Notes under the pieces: generated by a model | Database searches by the model: none | Seen by the model: the letters and a program-made list of their open reading frames with translations, nothing else | Told to the model about the DNA's origin: nothing | Made by a program: the position numbers and the translations under genes | Source: Nitrospirota bacterium | Lineage (GTDB): Bacteria; Nitrospirota; Nitrospiria; Nitrospirales; NS-4 | Assembly (NCBI GenBank): GCA_963788195.1 | Contig: CAWBGA010000012.1 | Location: 30,121 to 94,120 of the forward strand | Direction: 5' to 3' | Length of the DNA stretch: 64,000 nt | Part shown: positions 41,798 to 50,695 of the stretch, piece by piece | How the letters are laid out: each line of letters starts with the position of its first letter | Numbering within the stretch: position 1 is the first letter of the stretch

Positions 41798-42478
41798 TTA
41801 TTGGCGAGAGGCTGCGATCGGTCCGAAATCGATCTCGACGCCGGGTCCGGCCACGAGTGAGATACCCCAGGCTTGGGGCGCCGGTTCATGATTGTGAATG
41901 CGCTTAAAATCCTCATAGGCATTCACTCGTTCTTGAACCCATTCCCCCACTTTGTCGGGGCCGCTGCGAAGCACCATCTGTGCGGGACGAAAGAGCCCGC
42001 CTTCGATGACGGTGCCCTTTGAGAGATTCGGGCTCCAGATGTACTTCGTATTCACGGGGATTCCAAAGAAGTCCTGGTCCAAGGAGACAAATACCGCCGC
42101 AAACGGTTCCGTTCCACCTAAGGAACCGTGAAGCCGCCATCGCCAGCTGATAACAGGGAAGGCTTTGGGGTCCCAAGCTAACCTCTTGAAGATTCTCACA
42201 TTCGAGTCCACCCCTTTACACTTGAGAAACGTCTGGGTGCCCTCTTGCTGAATCTGGTACGCCTGTCGCGTGATGGTTTCGCTTCGGCTCGCCTGCCAGC
42301 CCCGGGGGAAGCCGTCAGGTTCCGCCTTTGAAAAATCCTCGAGGAGCAGGAGACCTGCCCTTTCGTCCGTCTGAGCATTACTGATCGGGGTCCACAGGAG
42401 ACCCCATGAGACCAGAAGGAGGAACAGCCCCCACACTCCTCGGTGACACGCACGTCGTCTTACTTCTCGGCTATCCAT
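41798..42478 (-). CDS. DUF3047-like exported protein
   Basis: Signal peptide; FPVISWRWR, KYIWS and VLRSG...WVQERVN.YEDFK pattern. Confidence 0.7.
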   Translation of the reverse strand: MDSREVRRRACHRGVWGLFLLLVSWGLLWTPISNAQTDERAGLLLLEDFSKAEPDGFPRGWQASRSETITRQAYQIQQEGTQTFLKCKGVDSNVRIFKRLAWDPKAFPVISWRWRLHGSLGGTEPFAAVFVSLDQDFFGIPVNTKYIWSPNLSKGTVIEGGLFRPAQMVLRSGPDKVGEWVQERVNAYEDFKRIHNHEPAPQAWGISLVAGPGVEIDFGPIAASRQ

Positions 42479-44402
42479 CCTCAAGCAGCCCCTCATCAGC
42501 CAATGCCGGGCTGTATGTCCGTTCCCGGCCGCCATCTGCGGCAGCCCAGACGCGTTCCGGCGACTCCGCTTCTGCAAGAGTTCTTCGGCTGATCCAGAAT
42601 ACCCCTACAAGCAAGACCCAAAACAGGACCATATTAAAAGTGACCATGCCGGCAGCGACCCCCAGCCCCGGCGTAAAGGACCAGGGGGAGGCATCACGCA
42701 TGATTTCATGAACGTGCCAACCCAGGCGGCCGGAGGATCGTATAAAACCCATGAGCCCCATCACCCAGGTAAATGCCATGCCCAACACGAACAACGTCAC
42801 CTGACCGCGCGCGGTTACTCTCCCCCACACGACAGGGCCAATTGGCCGCGCCCCTTTTAGAATCCTGTAATTGATCGCGATCCCCACCGCCAGAGCCGTG
42901 ACGGTGCTGAAAAATTGCGGCAATGAAAGGCCAACCCGCACATTTGCGGGCAGATAAAAACCGTAGATCGCAAGCCCGATGATATTGAGCATCGCTCCAG
43001 CAAAGACCGCAGCGATGATGATGTTGCCGAAGCGCGACCATCGCGCGGTGATGACCTTGTTCGCCCGCTTATAGACGATGTAGCTCAGGCCCGATAGAAG
43101 AATCATGAGATTGATCGCGCCGTTTTTGGCCGACATGACTCCGAAATTGCCGATCACAGGGTGCTGCGCGCCTCCAATCGCTTTTGATTCCTCCGGCGTC
43201 ATCATCAAGGTGTGCGGGGTAAACCAGACCAAAAAGCTCAAAATCAAGCCGGCGAGGAAGTATTTGATATATCCCTGATACCGTTCCGCCCCCGGCATGC
43301 GCATCATGCCCTGCCAGAGATAATAATTAGCGCCGATGAAAAGGGCCCCGACGGCGATGGCTTGCAGAACAAACATCCACGTGAGCATGCCCCCCATCAT
43401 GGTGACCCCGAGTTGTTGACGATACTCGTACACCGAGCGCATGAGCCAGTATCCGGCAAACGGCATCGGAATCAGAGCGACCATGGTGAGAAACATGAAC
43501 ACATATCCCATCCAATCGTAATAGCTCTTCTCATCCGGATGCTTCGCGGTCAGAAACCGGAACGCGGCATAGCCCAACACCACCGCGCCCCCGGTCATCA
43601 TGTCGGCCAGGAACCGATGGGCGTTGAACGGGTTCCAGAGCGCGGTATGAATTGTGTGCCAGGCATTTCCGAGATAACGCCCGGACTGGTCGACTCCGGC
43701 CGGCGACATCATGAATGACACCCACGAATTCGCCAGAAATAACAGTAGCGTCCCGAACACATTCAAGACGACTCCGAGGGAAGCATGGAGCCATTTTCGC
43801 GCCCCGGTCCGCATTCTGTCCCAGGAATAGTAATACAAGAGAAGCGCGGCACTCTCCAACAGAAACACGATCGCGTAGATCCACATCATCGCTTTAAAGA
43901 CCCCTGAGATATAGCGAAAGAACGCAGGGTAGAAAGCGACAAGAGACAGGACGAGAGTGACTCCCAGAATGGAGGAAATAGAAAACGCGAGTAAGCTGAT
44001 ACGGAGAAAATCGCGGGCGAGCCGATCGTAACGTGCTGCCGTTACGGGATCCCGAGCCATGAGTCCCATCACTTCAATGATCAGGCAGAAGATGGGTAAT
44101 GCCAGAAGGAAGCCGCCGAAATAGGTGTGTTGCTGTGTGACAACCCAGATGGCCAGCCGGCTGTTAAGATTCCGATAGCGTGGATAGTCGGCGGGCGAGG
44201 AGCGGGGGGCTGCTTCACTGCTTGCCCCACCGGGTGTCCGGTAATACACATCTGTTCCAGTGGAACTGGTAACGGCTTCTTGGACCTCGAGTTCCGGAAG
44301 CCCGCCGTAAGACTGCGCGGCGGCCGCAGCCCCGCTTCCGCTCACCACCAGCAACGAGGCATAAAACAGCAACCGGAAACATCTGTGATGAAGACAGCTC
44401 AT
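42471..44402 (-). CDS. cytochrome bd-like oxidase subunit I (CydA-like), copy 2
   Basis: QQHTYFGGFLLALP, ANSWVSFMMSPAG, NPFNAHRF and GFIRSSGRLGWHV; clearly paralogous to 37056-38998. Confidence 0.88.
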   Translation of the reverse strand: MSCLHHRCFRLLFYASLLVVSGSGAAAAAQSYGGLPELEVQEAVTSSTGTDVYYRTPGGASSEAAPRSSPADYPRYRNLNSRLAIWVVTQQHTYFGGFLLALPIFCLIIEVMGLMARDPVTAARYDRLARDFLRISLLAFSISSILGVTLVLSLVAFYPAFFRYISGVFKAMMWIYAIVFLLESAALLLYYYSWDRMRTGARKWLHASLGVVLNVFGTLLLFLANSWVSFMMSPAGVDQSGRYLGNAWHTIHTALWNPFNAHRFLADMMTGGAVVLGYAAFRFLTAKHPDEKSYYDWMGYVFMFLTMVALIPMPFAGYWLMRSVYEYRQQLGVTMMGGMLTWMFVLQAIAVGALFIGANYYLWQGMMRMPGAERYQGYIKYFLAGLILSFLVWFTPHTLMMTPEESKAIGGAQHPVIGNFGVMSAKNGAINLMILLSGLSYIVYKRANKVITARWSRFGNIIIAAVFAGAMLNIIGLAIYGFYLPANVRVGLSLPQFFSTVTALAVGIAINYRILKGARPIGPVVWGRVTARGQVTLFVLGMAFTWVMGLMGFIRSSGRLGWHVHEIMRDASPWSFTPGLGVAAGMVTFNMVLFWVLLVGVFWISRRTLAEAESPERVWAAADGGRERTYSPALADEGLLEDG

Positions 44403-45331
44403 GTCAGACTTTCCTGGAGCTTAAGATGCCGAGAATAAATGGGCACCGTAACATCGCAGGCGAAATGGCAGTACGGAGCTGCTCTTCCTGGGCACCGACA
44501 CCACCCCAAATAATAACAGTAGAGGCTTATGAGCCCCGCCGTCGAAGCGGCCACAAATACTCGCCATGGCAATGGCGGATTGGGCTCAAGGAGCAGATAA
44601 CTCGTCAATCCCAGAAGAATCAAACCATATGTCCATCCAAAGGTAACCCCCGGCCATAGAAAGAATCGCGTCAGCTCACTCCAGGAATAACCTGAGAGAC
44701 TGCCCCGAATGGGGACGGCCGGCTGAAGTCCTTTGACATAGGCGAGTGTCCCGGAAATACCCGCTACAAACCCGATGATCAGCAGATGAACGAGGTCTGT
44801 CTGCGCTCGTGGTGCCGCGATCGCCAGTCCCCCATACACGAATCCAGCGGCCGTTGAAGCAACCGCCACAGGCACAGCCCATTGCGCCGGACGGTCTGCA
44901 AGAAACGCCCAAAAGCGTTTCGGGTCGGGCCACGCGAGCGATAGCCAACCTTTCTCGCGGAGCAGACGCAGATGACCGAGTTCAAAGGCATCTCGGCCAA
45001 CAGAGGTGGAGGCAATGATCAATGCCATCATCGCCGGTCCGGCAGGATGATCCGTATAGCCATAAAAAACCAATTTTAGGATCGCCAGCACCATGAGCGT
45101 CAACTGCACCGCATAAAGAAAACCGAAACGAAACCCGACCCACATCAAGGCGCCGGCTCCCTCGCGTACCAAATCACCCCACCGGCGTTCGCGTCCGTAG
45201 CGGTATGCGACGATCGCCACCACGGTGGAGAACAGTCCCGCAGTCACGAGTAGGGCAAGGATATCGTCATGCCAATCGGCGAAATAGAGTGCACGATAGA
45301 GCGGATATGCCAAGAGCCCCGGAAAGAGCAT
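44399..45331 (-). CDS. polytopic membrane hypothetical protein (probable C-terminal frameshift; alternative end ...MLRCPFILGILSSRKV)
   Basis: Multiple TM helices; operonic between the PCP_red gene and CydA-like copy 2. Confidence 0.7.
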   Translation of the reverse strand: MLFPGLLAYPLYRALYFADWHDDILALLVTAGLFSTVVAIVAYRYGRERRWGDLVREGAGALMWVGFRFGFLYAVQLTLMVLAILKLVFYGYTDHPAGPAMMALIIASTSVGRDAFELGHLRLLREKGWLSLAWPDPKRFWAFLADRPAQWAVPVAVASTAAGFVYGGLAIAAPRAQTDLVHLLIIGFVAGISGTLAYVKGLQPAVPIRGSLSGYSWSELTRFFLWPGVTFGWTYGLILLGLTSYLLLEPNPPLPWRVFVAASTAGLISLYCYYLGWCRCPGRAAPYCHFACDVTVPIYSRHLKLQESLT

Positions 45332-45424
45332 CAGAATGCGCTTACGCTTGCGAAAGTCCGGCTTCGGTCACGCTTAACGTTAACGCCGGGAGCACCCTCA
45401 TGCCGATCCGATGGAGCATCCGCC

Positions 45425-45901
45425 TCAGCCCCTCATTCCCAGAAACTTGGCCTTCGCCTCGTCCATTAAATTTTCAGTGACTTCACAGAGCCCGCGATCG
45501 ATGGCCATACGTTCGATCTCGACCTTCGCCATGGACCTGATCAGCGCCGGGACCTTCTCAAGCCGGCCTTCTGCGATCGGTGTCCAGGAGACTTTTCCCC
45601 GATTCCGCGACTCCCGAAAGACGGCAAGAGTAATGACGCGACGTCCTTCTTTCTGGGCATAGTCCTCTGTTTCCTGCTTCACAAGAAGCCCGATGTACGG
45701 AGGCAATCGATCGACTTGGTGGTAGGCTTCGTTCGACCACAGAAGAGACGTCACTATTGGCTCGACCTGCTCGAGGCGTCCCGAAATTGTCACCCAGTTC
45801 GCGCAGCGTATGCACGCGAGGCGCAGGTGGTACAGCAGAGGAGACACTTCCTCCAACGCTTCGGCTCGCATCGCCGCGCCGCAACAACATGAGGGAATCA
45901 T
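45425..45901 (-). CDS. PCP_red (protochlorophyllide reductase C-terminal) domain protein with N-terminal Cys motifs
   Basis: CCC...CIRC followed by two repeats of WS/T.EA...L.K/R.P....AK..IE..A...G...VT; start codon uncertain. Confidence 0.72.
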   Translation of the reverse strand: MIPSCCCGAAMRAEALEEVSPLLYHLRLACIRCANWVTISGRLEQVEPIVTSLLWSNEAYHQVDRLPPYIGLLVKQETEDYAQKEGRRVITLAVFRESRNRGKVSWTPIAEGRLEKVPALIRSMAKVEIERMAIDRGLCEVTENLMDEAKAKFLGMRG

Positions 45902-45941
45902 TACACCCGCCCGCCCTGGAATCTGCCAAGACAGATTCCTT
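45899..45941 (-). repeat. 43-bp dispersed element, copy 2
   Basis: Reverse complement of 11816-11858 with one mismatch. Confidence 0.9.
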
Positions 45942-46062
45942 TTGCCCGGCGAATCGCACCTCCTTTTGCACCCGCCCTGGAGTACTCGACCCCTTGCATG
46001 AGAAGGCAAAGGGTACCCCGGACAAACTCCTTTGCCCCTGGACGCCGTCTTTCCCGTGGCGA

Positions 46063-46790
46063 TCATCCGATTTTGCCTGGATAGAGAATGTATAACATTG
46101 TATAGGTCGTCGTGCCCGTCACGAACAGAATGCAATACACTACCATCGTAAATCGGCCGAGCGCCCGATGCCGCCGGCTGCCGTCCGGCCAGATCTTCTC
46201 GAACACTTTCTCGATCGCGAACACCAGGGCCAAACACACCAGTCCCGAGAGATACACAATCAGTCGCTCGGGACGGAGAAATCGGTCCCAAATCTTGTGC
46301 CCGAAGATGGCATACAGTACAAGCAGTACGGCAGTGCCTGATGCCAAAAACCTTCGCGAGTTTTGCGCGGCGGACCTTTAAAAGGCCCGGGCGCAATTCG
46401 CGCCTGTCCCCGACGAACTGCTGTGTGCGAAAACCGAGGACGATCATGTAGACCGCCATGATAAGGCCGACAGATTACCAGCATGATGTGAAAGGTCAGC
46501 AGCGGAATAAATACCCGGTAGTACATGAAATCCGAGCCGCCGAATCCGGTCCGCCCTTCAAAGGCCAACACACCGAGCTGTCGAAACAAGTAATAGCTGG
46601 TGAAGAAGCTGAGCATCGCCACCATTCCCCCCAGCACGAGCCAATGGTGAGCATTGCCCAGCTTTTTTCGCGCCTGCACCCAGCCGATAATGAAAAGGAC
46701 GGTAAACAGCATCGCCATGACCTGGCTTAAGTCGCCCCCTAACGTCGCCGCAGTGCCGAGGAATCCCCGTTGGGCGAGAAAATCCTTCAT
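46063..46790 (-). CDS. DUF420 family membrane protein (frameshifts near 46472 and 46350)
   Basis: GWVQARK..GNAHH...M, F.GSD.MY....L.FHI.L and RRHRALGR...YCILFVTG.TTY motifs across three frames. Confidence 0.75.
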
Positions 46791-47764
46791 TTCACTCCTT
46801 CAACAAGTGAGGTCCGCTCGATTTCGTGAATCTTTGTAAAGCCTGCGGTATTCAGCCACTGTGATGTTTCCTTCAGAGTGTAACAGCGACCCTTTTCCGT
46901 GTTGACCATTAGGTGTACTGCAAAGACGGCGGTCCAGGCAGGTGCGGTGCGATCATCATCTAAGAATCGGTCTTTGATAATGAGGCGCCCTGTCGGCAGT
47001 AATACTTCGTAGACTCTTCGGACGAGCGCAGCATTCGCTTCAGGCTCTTGGTAATGGAGAATGTCGGACATGAGAACCGCATCATAAGGACCACCGAGCG
47101 GATCAATGTTGAAATCACCGGAATGAAGCGTGATGCGTTCCTCGAGCCCCGCATCCTTGATGAGCCGCGCCGTCGTCACGAGCGTTTCTGGAAGATCGTA
47201 GATCGTGGCTCGAAGCGCTGGATAGGCTTGGCAGAACGCCATCGCATGTGTGCCGGCCCCGCCACCGAGGTCGAGGAGCGTGCGGCAGCCTTTGAGGTCG
47301 AGCTGTCGGGCGAGCGTCGGCGCATGTTGGAGCGCAACGCGGTGCAACACGAGCAGCACGTTTTCGGCCAGCCGTGGATCGGAACGAAACAGATGACCCT
47401 TTACCGGGGGCACGCCGGTATGGATCGTGTCCTCCAGTTTTCCCCAGTTTTCCCATTCCGCATCCTGCAGCAACAGAAGATGCCCGGCGTAGGTGGGGCT
47501 TTCCCTGACCAGATATTGCCCGGCCTCCTCGGCGTTTTGATACCGTTCACCATTCTTACGCAAAAGACCGATCGACACGAGCGCGTTCATTAAGACTTCC
47601 GTTGCGCGAGGATCCGAATGGAGTCGGCGGGCGACATCAGCGGGGGTTTTCGCAGCTCCGGCGACCACGCCGAAGAGGTCAAGCTTGACGGCAGTCAAAA
47701 GCACTTTACATTCCCAGTAGTAGCCGAGCTGAAAAATCTCAGCGAGCGAAAGGCTGCGCGCCAT
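46787..47764 (-). CDS. SAM-dependent O-methyltransferase family 2 with dimerisation domain
   Basis: AVKLDLF dimerisation region, LLDLGGGAG, YDLP, GDF and SDILH motifs. Confidence 0.88.
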   Translation of the reverse strand: MARSLSLAEIFQLGYYWECKVLLTAVKLDLFGVVAGAAKTPADVARRLHSDPRATEVLMNALVSIGLLRKNGERYQNAEEAGQYLVRESPTYAGHLLLLQDAEWENWGKLEDTIHTGVPPVKGHLFRSDPRLAENVLLVLHRVALQHAPTLARQLDLKGCRTLLDLGGGAGTHAMAFCQAYPALRATIYDLPETLVTTARLIKDAGLEERITLHSGDFNIDPLGGPYDAVLMSDILHYQEPEANAALVRRVYEVLLPTGRLIIKDRFLDDDRTAPAWTAVFAVHLMVNTEKGRCYTLKETSQWLNTAGFTKIHEIERTSLVEGVK

Positions 47765-47842
47765 CCATGCCTCATGTGAAAACAAGGGATTCTATGTTAA
47801 CGGTCTCCATGAAGGCAAGGAGGCCGTGGGCCGGTTGAAGGC

Positions 47843-47878
47843 AAAAAAAAGGCGGCGAAGCACAGGCCTCGCCGCCTT
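47843..47878 (-). terminator. Rho-independent terminator
   Basis: AAGGCGGCGA...TCGCCGCCTT stem followed by a T8 tract on the minus strand, after the stop at 47900. Confidence 0.8.
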
Positions 47879-47899
47879 CAAAGATTCGCTCGAGAGAGG

Positions 47900-48700
47900 C
47901 TACGGCTTAAACTCGAACTTCGCCTTGGCGTCAGCGCCGTCGGCGACTTCGATTTCCTGCTCCATCACCTTCCCTTTATTCAGCGCCGGATGCCACGCCA
48001 CCAGCTTGTACTTCCCCGCTGGAACGTCCTTAAGCTCGAACTTGCCGTCCTCGCCCACAACCGCATAGTGTGGATTCGTGACCGGCAAGCCCCAGGTCTG
48101 CATGAACTCGTGCTGGTCGCAAATCAATTTAAAAACGGAGCCCTGCGCCGCCTTCCGCAGCTTGATAGGCTTGTCCAGCCCTTTGCCCTTCTCGGGCAGA
48201 CCAATGTTGAAGATAGTCGTCGTACCCGTGCCGAGTTGTTCAAAGGAGTGCGGATTGTGAAGCACGCCTTTGACCGACTTCGGATCATTGGGGTCCGCGT
48301 CATTATTCATGACTCGAAATGACTTCTGTTCCGCGGTGACAACGGTGGTGTACGGCTTGAACTCACAGAGCTCTGCCTGAACGTCCTGTCCCTTGAATTC
48401 TGCGATGAACTTCTCATCTGTGATGCCCTGGATGGCAACCACAGCGTTTTTGAGACTTCCGTCTTTGCCGACTTCTACTTCTTTGAGCAAGCGCTTTTCA
48501 CCCTTGGCATCCTTGCTCGGGTTCTGTACGCAAAACTTAGGGTTGGGAAACTTTGAAAACAAAAACTCCTTAGGAGCCGGCGGCTTGCCGGTAAATGTGA
48601 CCTGACCTGTCACCGTTCCTCCCGCCCACGCCGCCATTGGAGCAGTAACTAACGCCAGCGCCCCAAAAGCAACCGCTGATAATATACCTACCTTCTTCAT
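47900..48700 (-). CDS. exported cupredoxin-like / carboxypeptidase-regulatory-like domain protein
   Basis: AAGGAGG RBS, signal peptide (AWA), HNPH...CDQHEFM, and DGKFELKDVPAGKYKLVAWH. Confidence 0.8.
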   Translation of the reverse strand: MKKVGILSAVAFGALALVTAPMAAWAGGTVTGQVTFTGKPPAPKEFLFSKFPNPKFCVQNPSKDAKGEKRLLKEVEVGKDGSLKNAVVAIQGITDEKFIAEFKGQDVQAELCEFKPYTTVVTAEQKSFRVMNNDADPNDPKSVKGVLHNPHSFEQLGTGTTTIFNIGLPEKGKGLDKPIKLRKAAQGSVFKLICDQHEFMQTWGLPVTNPHYAVVGEDGKFELKDVPAGKYKLVAWHPALNKGKVMEQEIEVADGADAKAKFEFKP

Positions 48701-48789
48701 CGCCCATTCCTCCTTACTAGAAGTTATCACGTAGGAGATCACACCTTGTGACCCCGACTCTTTTCCAACGGACTACAAGCCCATTCACA

Positions 48790-48804
48790 GCATGGACAAT
48801 GCCA
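48790..48804 (-). promoter_or_regulatory. sigma54 (-24/-12) promoter candidate
   Basis: Minus strand reads TGGCATTGTCCATGC (GG-N10-GC), ~90 bp upstream of ATG 48700. Confidence 0.6.
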
Positions 48805-49032
48805 TCTCAGCATCTGATTGATATTGTAGAAGGCACGGAGTAGGAAGCATTATGAGTGACTTTACTCTACTCTAGGTGAGGTGACATGCGCCGCGTTTCA
48901 GGCAGGTCACGCTACCTGGTCATTGGCTCTTTTGTCAAGGTGTCACCGCTGAACCCGATTGAAAAAATGCGAGACTTAATCAAAAAAATCTTGCATCTAC
49001 TAAGAGATATGATAAAATAACCCTTCTAAAGT

Positions 49033-50472
49033 ATGGTACCCTTTGTATCTACATTTCTGTTCCTCGTAATGCTCTGCGCAAATGCCGATGCCGGCACGAG
49101 GGGCGAAGCATATCGCCAAGCAAAAGCCGCGACTGCTCTTATCGTCGCCATCAATGATACGACCCATAGCATTTCGCTCGGCAGCGGGTTTTTTGTAGAT
49201 GCGGACGGTCTGCTCGTTACCAACGCCCATGTCCTGGAGGATCATACTAGGCTCTTCGTCTACGTGCAGGACCGGCATGTCTTTCCAGCCCCCCCAGTGC
49301 TGGTGGTGGATGCGGATGTCGATCTGGCGGCGCTTCGGATCCCTCTGAAGGAGACTGGGGTCTTTCTTCCTCTCTCCCCGCATTCCCCTGAGGAGGGGGA
49401 GGATGTCATTGCCGTAGGCTACCCGCGAGTCACGGATATCTTGCAGATGGGTTTTGTCTTGCATTCCACGGTCGTCGCCGGCCAGGCCAACGGGGTTACC
49501 GCCGGCCGGTCACGGAGTAAGGGCCGTCAAACTCCCTTCATCCAGACCACCGGAAATTTCAATTTTGGCAATAGCGGCGGGCCCCTCGTCGGGTTGGACT
49601 CTCAGGAAGTCCACGGAATGGTAGTCCATACCGTTCCCTATCTGGAGCGGGCAAAAGATCGAAGCGGGACCTCAATTGGAACGGTGCTCATGAAATCGGG
49701 TATCGGCTATTCGATCCCCGCTTCGGTTATTCGGGAGTGGCTCACCGCCAATCGCCTATTCCCCACCCCTGTTCCGATACAGTCGAGCATAAAGGCCGCC
49801 TTCGATCCAAATGAGGACGCGAATCGATCATTTGCTACAGGACATCTGCTCCATACACTCGCGATGGTCCTTCAGCAGGATGTGGAACTACTCAATCTGG
49901 CGGTGTTTCATTATGAAGCTGCCGCGAAGCTGATGCCGGAGGCGCCCTGGATCCCTCGTAACTTGGGGCTTGTATCCGCCTCCTTGGGGCGGTGGGAGCA
50001 TGCCCTGCAAGCCTACGAACGGGCTCTGCGGCACAATCCCAAGGACCCAGCCCTCTTGGCTGATGTCGCTTTGGCCTGGGAGCGCAGCGGGAACCGTGAA
50101 CGGGCCATCGAATTTTACAGGGCCGCGATCCAGGCCAACCCGCGGTCGGAGTTGGCGCACAATAATCTCGGCGCCGTCTATCTTAAGATGAACCGTTACG
50201 AGGAAGCGATCCAGGAATTTCGACGGGCATTGGATAGCGAGCCTGCATCCGGAATGGCATCCTATAACTTAGGTGTGGCCCTTGAAGCCAAAGGTCTTAG
50301 GGAGGATGCTCTGCTCGCCTGGGAGACGTTCCTACACCGAGTTGGCCCGAACGCGGATGCCGCCGGTTACGGTGTTAAGATGCGCGAGGGTGTAGCCCGC
50401 CTTAAGCCATTAATTGCCAAGGCCCACCCGGTGGCCGGTATTTCACCAGTGTCCGGCATTTCACCGCGCTAG
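49033..50472 (+). CDS. exported trypsin-like serine protease with C-terminal TPR repeats
   Basis: Signal peptide; GSGFF, TNAHV, DLA and GNSGGP catalytic motifs; about 5 TPRs (for example AHNNLGAVY...EAIQEFRRAL). Confidence 0.9.
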   Translation: MVPFVSTFLFLVMLCANADAGTRGEAYRQAKAATALIVAINDTTHSISLGSGFFVDADGLLVTNAHVLEDHTRLFVYVQDRHVFPAPPVLVVDADVDLAALRIPLKETGVFLPLSPHSPEEGEDVIAVGYPRVTDILQMGFVLHSTVVAGQANGVTAGRSRSKGRQTPFIQTTGNFNFGNSGGPLVGLDSQEVHGMVVHTVPYLERAKDRSGTSIGTVLMKSGIGYSIPASVIREWLTANRLFPTPVPIQSSIKAAFDPNEDANRSFATGHLLHTLAMVLQQDVELLNLAVFHYEAAAKLMPEAPWIPRNLGLVSASLGRWEHALQAYERALRHNPKDPALLADVALAWERSGNRERAIEFYRAAIQANPRSELAHNNLGAVYLKMNRYEEAIQEFRRALDSEPASGMASYNLGVALEAKGLREDALLAWETFLHRVGPNADAAGYGVKMREGVARLKPLIAKAHPVAGISPVSGISPR

Positions 50473-50695
50473 CATTTCGGGTAGGGCCTACCCGGCCTGT
50501 ACACTGGAAGCTCTCCAATTACACGGATGGTTCCCAAGCCCTCTACCGGACCAGAAATCCGAAGGAATCGTTAAATCGCAGGTTTTTACGTTTATCCAAC
50601 CTAGTCCTCCTTTTGTAGGTCTTCCTTATTTACTCTGGACGTATCAGAATTCTCTCCCTTATAATTCCGTCTTTTCCTTAAGGGAGCCAACAAGG

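Noticed and set aside
45425..46459. 344-aa ORF in the track as a single protein
   Set aside because: It is a chimera of a frameshifted DUF420 middle segment, intergenic sequence with the 43-bp element, and the PCP_red gene
44399..47764. Photosynthesis genes (PCP_red domain and BchU/CrtF-like methyltransferase)
   Set aside because: No bch/chl catalytic subunits or reaction-centre genes; these domains occur widely outside phototrophs
50430..50470. Short tandem duplication at the protease C-terminus (VAGISP-VSGISP)
   Set aside because: Only two imperfect units; no evidence of function
50414..50695. N-terminal 94 aa of the 402-aa ORF
   Set aside because: It overlaps the protease end and an AT-rich intergenic region; an RBS supports the GTG at 50696
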